Assembly (NCBI GenBank): GCA_052089225.1
Contig: JBQCZP010000001.1
Span: forward strand, 125,478 to 189,477
Length of the DNA stretch: 64,000 nt
Direction of reading: 5' to 3'
Source of the DNA: Nesterenkonia sp.
GTDB lineage: Bacteria; Actinomycetota; Actinomycetes; Actinomycetales; Micrococcaceae
Shown here in pieces: positions 33,221-42,119 of the stretch (position 1 is the first letter of the stretch; the number at the start of each line of letters is the position of its first letter). The notes under the pieces were generated by a model. The model was not told the DNA's origin, ran no database searches, and saw nothing but the letters and a program-made list of their open reading frames with translations. The position numbers were made by a program, and so were the translations under genes.

Positions 33221-33694
33221 TCAGTCGAGGATCTCGCCGGTCTGCTCATAGTGGCTGATCTTGCCGATCCGGCGGGTATGGCGCTCCTCACCGGCCCACT
33301 GAGCGGCCAAGAAGGCCTCGACGATCTCAGCGGCCTCGGCCAGGCTGTGCTGGCGTCCTCCCAGACCCACCACATTGGCGTCGTTGTGCTCGCGGGCCAG
33401 CCGTGCGGTCTCCAGGTTCCAGGCCAGGGCGGCGCGAATGCCGGTGACCTTATTGGCGGCGATCTGCTCGCCGTTGCCGGAGCCTCCCAGCACCACGCCC
33501 AGGGCGTCCTGACCGGCAGTGAGCTCTGCCGCCACCGCCTCAGCGGCATGCAGGCAGAACCCGGGATAGTCATCCTGGGCGTCATAGGTCTGCGGACCAT
33601 GGTCGACGACCTCGTAGCCCAGCGATCCGAGATGCTTCACCAGGTGTGCGGAGAGCTCCATGCCGGCATGGTCAGTGGCAATGTGGACGCGCAT
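33221..33694 (-). CDS. rpiB: Ribose-5-phosphate isomerase B
   Basis: DHAG, DDYP, GGSGNGE (actinobacterial type), AREHNDAN and RHTRRI. Confidence 0.95.
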   Translation of the reverse strand: MRVHIATDHAGMELSAHLVKHLGSLGYEVVDHGPQTYDAQDDYPGFCLHAAEAVAAELTAGQDALGVVLGGSGNGEQIAANKVTGIRAALAWNLETARLAREHNDANVVGLGGRQHSLAEAAEIVEAFLAAQWAGEERHTRRIGKISHYEQTGEILD

Positions 33695-33754
33695 CAGTAA
33701 CTTAAGGACCTTTCGTCGTCGGGCGACTCTGCAGCGGACCCGCCCAGCTTATCT

Positions 33755-33781
33755 GGGAACAGTCACGACGCCGGTATCGTT
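33755..33781 (+). promoter_or_regulatory. SigH/SigR-type promoter upstream of the globin gene
   Basis: GGGAAC-N18-GTT with ATG 9 nt later and no RBS. Confidence 0.65.
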
Positions 33782-33790
33782 GCCCTCATC

Positions 33791-34438
33791 ATGGACAAGC
33801 AGAACCACACCCCCGACGACGACGGCGACCAGCGTGACTCCCCGGCGTCGGAGCGGCCGAAATTCTCCCGCCGGCTCGGCGCCCCCATCCAGACTGTCAC
33901 CCCGGTGGGCAAGCCTCCTTCCCAGGTGACCGGAAGACCGCAGTCCGCTCAGCAGGAGCAGGCTCCTCAGGCGCAGGCCCCTCAGCAGGGCCAGTCGGCA
34001 AACTTGGGTGTGCTGCCGGGGCCCGACGGTCAACCGGTGGCCGGGGAGGACGCTGCTGACGAGGTCGATCCCAACAGTTTCTACGCCCAGGTCGGTGGCC
34101 GGGAGACGTTTCAGCGGATCGTCGACGTCTTCTACGACCAGGTCGCAGAGGACCCGCATTTCCGGGCCCACTACCCCGAAGAGGATCTCGGTCCGGCGCG
34201 GGAGCGGCTGCTGATGTTCCTGGAGCAGTACTGGGGCGGACCCAAGACGTACCAGCAGCGTCGCGGCCACCCCCGGCTGCGGATGCGGCACATGCCCTTC
34301 CGCGTCGACGCCGAGGCTCGCGACACCTGGTTAAAGTATATGAGGGTCGCCGTGGAGTCCGCTGACCTCTCGCCGATGCACCAGGAGGTCCTGTGGGACT
34401 ACCTGGACCGTGCCGCCCACGCCATGGTGAACAGCTGA
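33791..34438 (+). CDS. glbO: Group II truncated haemoglobin with a ~90-aa N-terminal extension
   Basis: [33 protein letters not shown] and RDTWL. Confidence 0.9.
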   Translation: MDKQNHTPDDDGDQRDSPASERPKFSRRLGAPIQTVTPVGKPPSQVTGRPQSAQQEQAPQAQAPQQGQSANLGVLPGPDGQPVAGEDAADEVDPNSFYAQVGGRETFQRIVDVFYDQVAEDPHFRAHYPEEDLGPARERLLMFLEQYWGGPKTYQQRRGHPRLRMRHMPFRVDAEARDTWLKYMRVAVESADLSPMHQEVLWDYLDRAAHAMVNS

Positions 34439-34487
34439 GTCTCTGGGTTGAACCGGTAGACTGTTGTGCCGGGTCGCACAGACCCAT

Positions 34488-34560
34488 GCCCGAGTAGCTC
34501 AGGGGATAGAGCAGCGGCCTTCTAATCCGCTGGTCGGGGGTTCGAATCCCTCCTCGGGCA
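34488..34560 (+). tRNA. tRNA-Arg (anticodon UCU)
   Basis: Acceptor GCCCGAG/CTCGGGC, D-arm GCTC/GAGC, anticodon loop CTTCTAA (TCT at 34521-34523), T-loop TTCGAAT; CCA not encoded; TAGACT -10 at 34457-34462. Confidence 0.95.
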
Positions 34561-34591
34561 CAGCTCACCGCTCGTCACTGAAGGAAGCCGC

Positions 34592-36064
34592 TTGCCCCTG
34601 CGTCACAAGGTCCAGCTGGGACTGGTCATGCTTGCCGGCGGGCTGCTGGCTCTGATCCACTCGCTGCTGCGCTTCCGCAACTTCGAGGCCAAAGGCTATG
34701 ACCTGGGCATCTTCGATCAGGCGGTGCGCCAGTATGCGCTGTTCAAACCGCCGATCGTGCCCATCAAGGGCGAGGACTTCCACCTGCTCGGTGATCATTT
34801 TCATCCGGTCATAGCCCTGTTCGCACCGCTCTACTGGATCTGGGATGACCCGCGGATGCTCAACATCGGCATGATCGGACTGCTGGTCTCCACCGCGATC
34901 CCGGTCTACCTGGTGGTTCGGTCCTGGTTCAGCCATCGCCCGGCTCTGCTGAGTGCGGCCGCACTGCTGCTGTGGTGGCCGTTCCAGGCCATCGTCAACT
35001 GGGACTTCCACGAGGTCGCCTTCGGCGTGCCCCTGATCGCCTGGACCATCTGGGCCATCGAACGACGTCGGATGTGGCTGGCAGTGGCCCTGGCTGCCGC
35101 ACTGCTGAGCGTGCGCGAAGATATGGGCGCCACCGTGCTGGCGGTGGCCATGGTGCTGGCAGTGCGCAGGCAGTGGTGGCCCGCGGTGGTGACGGCGCTG
35201 CTGGGGCTTGGCGGCATATGGTTCGCCATCGGCGTGGTGATCCCCCACTTCTCAGCAGGCGCAGACTTCCAATACTGGGAGTACACCGCTCTGGGGGCCT
35301 CGGCCAGTGCGGCCATCGTCACCATCTTCACCCAACCGTGGAACGCCGTCGTCGCACTGTTCGACCACCCGCTGAAAGTCGGGCTGTGGCTGCTGCACCT
35401 GGTGCCGCTGTGGCTGGCACCGCTGCTCTCACCCTACGTGCTGCTGGCTGGGCCCATTGTGCTGTCCAGGCTGTGGAACGACCGGCTCAATGTGTGGGCG
35501 CCGGTCTACCAGTACGATGCCATCATCGCGCCGGTGCTGCTGCTGGCCGCCATGGATGTGGTGCGTCGGCTGACCCACAGCGGACTGGTGCTGCCGCGGA
35601 TTTCCCTGAAGCGGCCGCTGACCCGGCGTCTGGCGACCGCGCTTCCGGCCACGGTGCTCATCGCGGGCGTCATCGGGTCGATGCTCTTCCCCCAGGTGTT
35701 CCCCTACCAGCGAACCCTGACCGCGGCGAACTGGTCGATGAGCGAACGAGCTGAGGCCCACGCCCGAGCGGTCGAGCAGATCCCCGACGACGTATGCGTC
35801 GAGGCCGCCGACACCGCAGTGCCGCACCTGGTGGACCGAACGTATGTGGGCCTGAACGGAACCACCGCCGAGGAGGACCTGCAGTGGCTGATCATCGATG
35901 AGCAGGTCGAGGAGCTCGGCGGCAACACTCCGCTGACCCCGGATGAGGCATTCGCGCGCGCCGAGAGGCTCGGCTTTGACACGGTCACCGAGGACGACCA
36001 CGGGCTCTGGGTGCTGCACCGTGACATTGAGCAGGCGGACAAGTGCGCGGAATACCTGCGCTGA
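34592..36064 (+). CDS. DUF2079-family polytopic membrane protein (GT-C-like)
   Basis: YDLGIFDQAV, LLGDHFHP, DFHEVAF, VREDMG and YQYDA motifs; about 10 TM segments; start uncertain. Confidence 0.8.
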   Translation: MPLRHKVQLGLVMLAGGLLALIHSLLRFRNFEAKGYDLGIFDQAVRQYALFKPPIVPIKGEDFHLLGDHFHPVIALFAPLYWIWDDPRMLNIGMIGLLVSTAIPVYLVVRSWFSHRPALLSAAALLLWWPFQAIVNWDFHEVAFGVPLIAWTIWAIERRRMWLAVALAAALLSVREDMGATVLAVAMVLAVRRQWWPAVVTALLGLGGIWFAIGVVIPHFSAGADFQYWEYTALGASASAAIVTIFTQPWNAVVALFDHPLKVGLWLLHLVPLWLAPLLSPYVLLAGPIVLSRLWNDRLNVWAPVYQYDAIIAPVLLLAAMDVVRRLTHSGLVLPRISLKRPLTRRLATALPATVLIAGVIGSMLFPQVFPYQRTLTAANWSMSERAEAHARAVEQIPDDVCVEAADTAVPHLVDRTYVGLNGTTAEEDLQWLIIDEQVEELGGNTPLTPDEAFARAERLGFDTVTEDDHGLWVLHRDIEQADKCAEYLR

Positions 36065-36115
36065 GGGCCACGCTGTAGCATGAGTACCACCTATCACCGG
36101 CCAACCGGAGAAAGC

Positions 36116-37402
36116 ATGACCGATGACTCCGTGACCGCTGAGCAGCTCACCCGGCCTCAGCGGCGGATTGTCATGCTGAGCCTCCACACCTCCCCGTTGG
36201 CCCAGGCCGGCCGCGGTGATGCTGGTGGCCTCAACGTCTACGTCAACGCGCTCTCCAGGGCCTTGGCCGCGCAGGGCTATGCGGTCGACATCGTCACCAC
36301 AGACCTCGACGGCACCTACGACGACGGCACCGCAGGTGACTCCTGGCGCACCCTCGACGACGGACGACGCGTCCATGTGCTGCGTGTCTGCACCAAGTGC
36401 AGAGAGGACAAGAGCCGACTGCTGCAGTGTCTCGACGAACTGGGGCATCGCGCTCAGCAGAGCCTGCTGCAAGCCTCCCCGCAGCCGGTGGACGTGTTGC
36501 ACTCCCACTATTGGATCTCAGGTCTGGCCGGTCTGACGCTGGCTGAGCAGCTGGGCTGCGAACTGGTGCACACTATGCACACCATCGGTGCGGTCAAACT
36601 CGAACGTGACCCCGATGCGCAGGAGGATCCGCGACGGCATCAGGCCGAAGAGCGGATCGTCGCCGCTGCGGCGCAGCTGACCGCCAACACCTACGACGAG
36701 GTTGCTGACCTGCAGCGGATCTTTGCGGTGCCGGCCGAGCGGATCACCCTGGTCTCCCCCGGCACGGACCTGTCCGTATTCCACCCGCCCAGCGGTGCGG
36801 ACCCGCGGCTTCAGCCGGTGGGTCAGCGTCCGCTGCGGCTGACCTTCGCCGGGCGTCTGCAGCCGCACAAGGGGCCGCAGGTCGCTGTTGCGGCCGTGGG
36901 ACGGCTGCGCGAGCTGCTGCCGCAGATCACCGTGCAGCTCACCGTAGCGGGCCGACAGTCCGGAGCAGATGAGGTGGATATCGCTGACCTGGCCCACCAG
37001 GCCGGGGTCTCCGACGTCGTCGTCCTCACCGAGCCGCTGCCCCATCCCGAGCTTGCCGACCTGTTCCGCGCCTCCGACGCGGTGCTGGTCCCCTCCTACA
37101 GCGAATCCTTCGGTCTGGTCGCGCTGGAGGCCATGGCCTGCGGCACACCGGTGCTGGCGCACCGAGTGGGAGGACTGATCGAACTGATCCAGCACGGCGG
37201 CAGCGGAAAGCTCATCGACTCGCTGGACCCGCAGCAGTGGGCGCGGCAGATCAGCAGCCTGGCCACCGACCACGACCAGTGGCGGCGCTGCAGCGAAGCG
37301 GCGGCGGCACTGGCTGAACAGTACTCCTGGGAGTCGACCGCCCGGCAGACACTGAGCGCCTACCGAGCGGCCTCAGTCCAGGTAGCGGGAACGCCAGGTT
37401 GA
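36116..37402 (+). CDS. mshA: D-inositol-3-phosphate glycosyltransferase (mycothiol synthesis), GT4
   Basis: LHTSPLAQAGRGDAGGLNVYV, HSHYWISG, HTMHT, GRLQPHKG and SESFGLVALEAMACGTPV; ATG 36116 has an RBS (alternative start 36080). Confidence 0.85.
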   Translation: MTDDSVTAEQLTRPQRRIVMLSLHTSPLAQAGRGDAGGLNVYVNALSRALAAQGYAVDIVTTDLDGTYDDGTAGDSWRTLDDGRRVHVLRVCTKCREDKSRLLQCLDELGHRAQQSLLQASPQPVDVLHSHYWISGLAGLTLAEQLGCELVHTMHTIGAVKLERDPDAQEDPRRHQAEERIVAAAAQLTANTYDEVADLQRIFAVPAERITLVSPGTDLSVFHPPSGADPRLQPVGQRPLRLTFAGRLQPHKGPQVAVAAVGRLRELLPQITVQLTVAGRQSGADEVDIADLAHQAGVSDVVVLTEPLPHPELADLFRASDAVLVPSYSESFGLVALEAMACGTPVLAHRVGGLIELIQHGGSGKLIDSLDPQQWARQISSLATDHDQWRRCSEAAAALAEQYSWESTARQTLSAYRAASVQVAGTPG

Positions 37403-38389
37403 GCTGTACTTCTGATTCAGCTGCCGCTGCGTGCGGCTTCCGCTGACAGCTCGGCGCTGCAGCGTTTCACGGATCTTGGGCCGAATGCCCTGGGGAGGGC
37501 GAATCATCCCCTCCTGAGCGACGGTGGCGACCAGCTGACCATCGCGGGTGTAGATCGAACCGGTGCCCAGTCCGCGCGAACCCTGGGCGCTGGGTGATTC
37601 CTGCAGATAGAGCAGCCACTGATCAGCCCGGGCGTCGCGGTGCCACCAGAAGGCGTGGTCCAATGAGGCGACCTTCAGGCTCGGCTTGGCCCAGTAGTAG
37701 CCGTGAGCACGCAGCACCGGTTCTAACAGCGTGTAGTCGGAGGCGAAAAGGATCGCCGCCCGGTGGATATTGGGGTCATCCGGCAGCAGTTCGCGCGTCT
37801 TCATCCACACCGCGTTGGTTGCTCGCAGGTCTCGGTCCGCGTCGAGATAGATGGGACGGTCGATGTGGCGAATCTCAAAGGGCCTGCCGTGGCCCCACTC
37901 CTGGGCCACCGGATGCTTCACATGACTCACTAGCTCCTCCGGGGCCGCCAAATCCTCCGGTTGGGGGATGTTCTCCGGCATCTGCTGCTGGTGGGTCAGG
38001 CCCGCAGAGGGCTTCTGAAAGCTGGCGATCATCGACAGGATCGGCTTGCCGTCCTGATAGGCCTGGGACCGTCGGGCAGAGAATGAGCCGCCGTCGCGCA
38101 GCTCATCGACCACCACCTCAATCGGCTTGGCGGCGTCCCCGGGACGCAGAAAGTAGCCGTGGACCGAATGGACCACCCGATCGGCGTCCACAGTGGCCAT
38201 GGCCGCCGCTGTCGACTGCGCCAGCACCTGCCCGCCGAATACCCGCCAGAACGCCTGCGGAAAGACGGGCGCGAGGAAGCGCCTCTGGCCTGCAGTGCCG
38301 TCACCTTCCAACGGCTGAAGGTCCAGCATGTGCTCCAGCTGCTTCGCAGCCTCCTCGGGCTCAGATCCCGAGTGCTCCGTCTGCGCCAT
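37373..38389 (-). CDS. tesB: Acyl-CoA thioesterase II
   Basis: VFGGQVLAQ, HSVHGYFLRPG, DGGSFSAR, ASLDHAFWWH and AQEG; 30-nt convergent overlap with mshA. Confidence 0.92.
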   Translation of the reverse strand: MAQTEHSGSEPEEAAKQLEHMLDLQPLEGDGTAGQRRFLAPVFPQAFWRVFGGQVLAQSTAAAMATVDADRVVHSVHGYFLRPGDAAKPIEVVVDELRDGGSFSARRSQAYQDGKPILSMIASFQKPSAGLTHQQQMPENIPQPEDLAAPEELVSHVKHPVAQEWGHGRPFEIRHIDRPIYLDADRDLRATNAVWMKTRELLPDDPNIHRAAILFASDYTLLEPVLRAHGYYWAKPSLKVASLDHAFWWHRDARADQWLLYLQESPSAQGSRGLGTGSIYTRDGQLVATVAQEGMIRPPQGIRPKIRETLQRRAVSGSRTQRQLNQKYSSTWRSRYLD

Positions 38390-38429
38390 GGAGGGCTCCT
38401 TAAACGTGGATATCTGACACAATCATCCT

Positions 38430-39098
38430 ATGACTCAGCTGCTCCGCTTCGCCGATGCCGCATCGCTTCAAGACCTGGGAAGGTTCGTCAAACGAGGGCG
38501 CCGCATCAACGAACAGGGTATCCGACTGCAGGCGGTGGGCACTGTACTTGCAGCGTGGCTGCCGGTGATGACCCCCGGGTCGTTGGACTCCAAGGTCCCA
38601 GCGGTGCTTGGGCTGCGCACTATGGCACTGGCCGAACCGAGCCATGCTGATGTGACGGTGGAGCTGGGCTCCATCAGCGAGCGGCTGGCCCGGCTGAACC
38701 CTGCCTCCATGGAGCTGCCGCTGCCACCGGCGAGCATCAACGCTCCCTGGACGGCGGTGACGCCTCCACGTTCGGGCTGGGAGCCGCGGGGCCGACTGGC
38801 CGACTCCACCCTGCGGCGGACCGCCGAGGAGGGAATCGCCGAAGTGGCCGATGTGGTGCCCGAGACCGCCGGCGCCCCCGTGGTGGAGCAGGTCCGCGAA
38901 CGCGTATGGGGCCGGGCCGTTGAGCCGGCCGCCTCCGATGACGTGGTGGCAGGCACTCCCATACCGGCCGGGGCCGCCTTCGGCGCCCTCTCCCTGGGCT
39001 TCCTGGCAGCCGAGGGCGGAGTCAGCGACGTCTATTCACTGGGCAAATGGCTGCGCATCAGCTCGGTGGGAGGATTCATCCTCTGCCGCGTCGACTGA
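38430..39098 (+). CDS. Conserved actinobacterial hypothetical protein (Rv2474c-like)
   Basis: DLGRFVKRG...IRLQAVG, LPPRSGW-like TPPRSGW, AAFGALSLGFL; position between a thioesterase and ettA. Confidence 0.65.
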   Translation: MTQLLRFADAASLQDLGRFVKRGRRINEQGIRLQAVGTVLAAWLPVMTPGSLDSKVPAVLGLRTMALAEPSHADVTVELGSISERLARLNPASMELPLPPASINAPWTAVTPPRSGWEPRGRLADSTLRRTAEEGIAEVADVVPETAGAPVVEQVRERVWGRAVEPAASDDVVAGTPIPAGAAFGALSLGFLAAEGGVSDVYSLGKWLRISSVGGFILCRVD

Positions 39099-39107
39099 GG
39101 TGCACCG

Positions 39108-39587
39108 ATGCGTGAGGGTGCCCGTCCTTGGGCTGAGGCGCGCGGGCCTCAGCTCTTCAGGATCCTCAGTACGATGTGGATCATCAGCGGTGGGCTGGTC
39201 GCCGCGGTCACCGGCCCACTGGGCTTAGAGCACGGCTCATGGTCTGCGGCCTACCAAGTGCTGGTCGGCGGGGTGGTGCAGGCCGGGCTGGGCGCTGCCC
39301 AGTACGCCCTGGTTTCTGTTCGTCCTCGCGCGGCGTCCCTGGTGGCTGAGCTGCTGGGGTGGAACATCGGCAGTGTGGCCGTCATTGCTGGGACTCTGAC
39401 GGCGATGCCGCTGATCGTCGACGCCGGCGGGCTGCTGCTCCTGGTGGCGCTGGTGCTGCTGATCCGAACTGTCCGGGGCAGAGGCATCGGACCCGCGTGG
39501 GCGGTGTGGACCTACCGAAGCCTGCTCACGATCACCCTGATCAGCATCCCCATCGGACTGGCGCTGGCGCACCTGCGCGCTCTCTGA
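39108..39587 (+). CDS. Hypothetical integral membrane protein (about 5 TM)
   Basis: 159 aa, strongly hydrophobic, 9 nt downstream of the previous gene. Confidence 0.65.
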   Translation: MREGARPWAEARGPQLFRILSTMWIISGGLVAAVTGPLGLEHGSWSAAYQVLVGGVVQAGLGAAQYALVSVRPRAASLVAELLGWNIGSVAVIAGTLTAMPLIVDAGGLLLLVALVLLIRTVRGRGIGPAWAVWTYRSLLTITLISIPIGLALAHLRAL

Positions 39588-39823
39588 CGTCGGCCTGTTC
39601 GGTCTGAGCACGTGCAGCTGGTGGTTGAACGCTCGTGCAGCCTGCGGCAGTTGTCCACATCCCAGGGGCCAACCGGCACCACGCCCGGTTCTGCACACAG
39701 ACGGTCCTGATTGTTATGGGCGGTCCCGCCCCCATCAACACTGGTATCAGCCGCTGGCGGCGATCAGATCACGGCCGGGCCTCAGCGGAGCAGCGAACCG
39801 ACGGCCGTGCAGTCAGGAGAATC

Positions 39824-40408
39824 ATGACCGACACCATAACCGTACGAGGCTTTGCCGGCACCGACCCAGATCACAGAACGCCGCCCTCCGGCACCGAGGT
39901 GACCACACTGAGGCTCGGCTCCACCCCACGGTGGCGCAACTCCCACACCGGCGAATGGGCCTCCGGAAGCACCAACTGGTACACCGTGGCGGCCTTCGGC
40001 CGACTGGCCGGCAACGTGGCTGAATCCATCCGCAAGGGCGACCCGGTCGTTGTGGTGGGCCGGCCCAAGGTGCGCCAATGGGAGAACGAGGACGGCGTCA
40101 GGGGCACCGACGTGGAGATCAGCGCCCAAAGTGTGGCTCATGACTTGAGCTACGGGCGCACCGAATTTTCGAAGGTCACCAACGGAAGTTCCCGGTCCGA
40201 AGACCATCAGGAGTCCACTGGCCACGAACACCAGACTGGGCACGAACAGCACAATCAGGAAGAAGATGCTCAACACGAGACCACTGAGACGCAGGAGGCT
40301 GCGCAGACCGAGTCAACCGGCGATGCGGCAGAACCGACCCAGCAGCAGCCCGCTGCTGAACAGGCTCCTGATTGGAAGGGGGAGCCGGAGCTGCAGCGGG
40401 CCGACTGA
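39824..40408 (+). CDS. ssb: Single-stranded DNA-binding protein paralog (SsbB-like)
   Basis: OB fold: TITVRG...LRLGSTPR...TNWYTVAAF..LAGNVAESIRKGDPVVVVGR; RBS AGGAGA; no C-terminal PF tip. Confidence 0.88.
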   Translation: MTDTITVRGFAGTDPDHRTPPSGTEVTTLRLGSTPRWRNSHTGEWASGSTNWYTVAAFGRLAGNVAESIRKGDPVVVVGRPKVRQWENEDGVRGTDVEISAQSVAHDLSYGRTEFSKVTNGSSRSEDHQESTGHEHQTGHEQHNQEEDAQHETTETQEAAQTESTGDAAEPTQQQPAAEQAPDWKGEPELQRAD

Positions 40409-40417
40409 GGCCCGGGC

Positions 40418-42100
40418 TCAGCCGCGTGTGAGCCGGCGGTGGGTCACCCGGCTGGGGCGGGCGGCATCGGCGCCGAGGCGCTCGACCTTGTTCTTCTCAT
40501 AGGACTCGAAGTTGCCCTCGAACCAGTACCAGCTGCCAGGCTCCTCGTCCGTGCCCTCCCAGGCAAGAATATGAGTGGCCACTCTGTCGAGGAACCAACG
40601 ATCGTGGGAGATGACCACGGCACAGCCGGGGAACTCCAGAAGCGCGTTCTCCAGCGACCCCAGGGTCTCCACATCGAGGTCGTTAGTGGGCTCATCCAGC
40701 AGCAGCAGGTTTCCGCCCTGCTTCAGGGTCAGGGCCAGGTTGAGCCGGTTGCGCTCACCGCCGGAGAGCACGCCGGCCTTCTTCTGCTGATCGGGTCCCT
40801 TGAAGCCGAACTGCGACACGTAGGCGCGGGAAGGGATCTCCACTTTGCCGACCTGGATGAAGTCCATGCCGTCGGAGACCACCTCCCACAGGGTCTTCTC
40901 CGGATCGATGCCGGCACGGGACTGGTCGACGTAGGAGATCTTCACCGAATCGCCGATGGTCAGTTTGCCGTCGTCGAGGTCCTCTATGCCCACGATGGTT
41001 TTGAACAGGGTGGACTTGCCCACACCGTTGGGGCCGATGACGCCGACGATGCCGTTGCGCGGAAGGGAGAATGAGAGGCCATCGACGAGTTGGCGGTCTC
41101 CGAAGCCCTTCTCCAGGTCGTCTGCTTCGATGACCTGGGTGCCCAGACGGGGTCCGGGCGGAATCTGGATCTCCTCGAAGTCCAGCTTCTTCGTCCGCTC
41201 TGCCTCATCAGCCATCTCCTCATAGCGAGCCAGACGAGCCTTTGACTTCGACTGACGGCCCTTGGCGTTGGAGCGGACCCACTCCAGCTCCTCCGCCAGC
41301 CGCTTGGCCAGCTTGGCGTCCTTCTTGCCCTGGACTTCCAGGCGGGCCCGCTTCTTCTCCAGATAGGTGGAGTAGTTGCCTTCGTAGGGGTAGAGCCGGC
41401 CACGGTCGACCTCACAGATCCATTCAGCCACGTGATCCAGGAAGTAGCGGTCGTGAGTGACGGCCAGAACCGCGCCCTCATAGGAGGCCAGGTGCTGTTC
41501 GAGCCAGAGCACCGATTCGGCGTCGAGATGGTTGGTGGGCTCATCCAGCAGCAGCAGATCCGGTTTGGACAGCAGCAGCTTGCACAGCGCCACGCGGCGG
41601 CGCTCACCGCCGGAGAGGTGCACCACTGACTCATCACCCGGGGGGCAGCGCAGCGCGTCCATGGCCTGCTCCAGCTGGGAGTCGAGGTCCCACGCATTGG
41701 CAGCGTCGATGTCTGACTGCAGCGCCCCCATCTCCTCCATCAGCGCGTCGAAGTCAGCATCGGGGCTGGCCATCTCCTCGCTGATCTCGTTGAAGCGGAC
41801 CAGCTTCTGATAGATCTCGCCCACGCCCTCCTGAACATTGCCCAGGACAGTCTTCTCCTCATTGAGGGGAGGCTCCTGCAGCAGGATCCCCACTGAGTAG
41901 CCGGCGCTGAGTCGAGCCTCACCGTTGGAGGGCTCGTCCAGGCCGGCCATGATCTTCAGGATCGTAGACTTGCCTGCCCCGTTGGGGCCGAGCACGCCAA
42001 TCTTGGCGCCCGGGTAGAAGGACATCGTGACGTCGTCGAGGATAACTTTGTCGCCCACCTTTTTGCGGGCTCTGACCATGTTGTAAATGAACTCTGCCAT
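40418..42100 (-). CDS. ettA: Energy-dependent translational throttle ABC-F ATPase
   Basis: Two ABC cassettes (GPNGAGKST/LSGGERRR and GPNGVGKST/LSGGERNR), no TM domain, MAEFIY N-terminus. Confidence 0.95.
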   Translation of the reverse strand: MAEFIYNMVRARKKVGDKVILDDVTMSFYPGAKIGVLGPNGAGKSTILKIMAGLDEPSNGEARLSAGYSVGILLQEPPLNEEKTVLGNVQEGVGEIYQKLVRFNEISEEMASPDADFDALMEEMGALQSDIDAANAWDLDSQLEQAMDALRCPPGDESVVHLSGGERRRVALCKLLLSKPDLLLLDEPTNHLDAESVLWLEQHLASYEGAVLAVTHDRYFLDHVAEWICEVDRGRLYPYEGNYSTYLEKKRARLEVQGKKDAKLAKRLAEELEWVRSNAKGRQSKSKARLARYEEMADEAERTKKLDFEEIQIPPGPRLGTQVIEADDLEKGFGDRQLVDGLSFSLPRNGIVGVIGPNGVGKSTLFKTIVGIEDLDDGKLTIGDSVKISYVDQSRAGIDPEKTLWEVVSDGMDFIQVGKVEIPSRAYVSQFGFKGPDQQKKAGVLSGGERNRLNLALTLKQGGNLLLLDEPTNDLDVETLGSLENALLEFPGCAVVISHDRWFLDRVATHILAWEGTDEEPGSWYWFEGNFESYEKNKVERLGADAARPSRVTHRRLTRG

Positions 42101-42119
42101 GGCACTCAGCCTAGTCGCA

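Noticed and set aside
34540-34600. att site at tRNA-Arg
   Set aside because: No duplicated tRNA 3' end or integrase found in the window.
39635-39823. 63-aa N-terminal extension of SSB in the ORF track
   Set aside because: A strong AGGAGA RBS precedes ATG 39824 and the OB fold starts there; the upstream part is promoter DNA.
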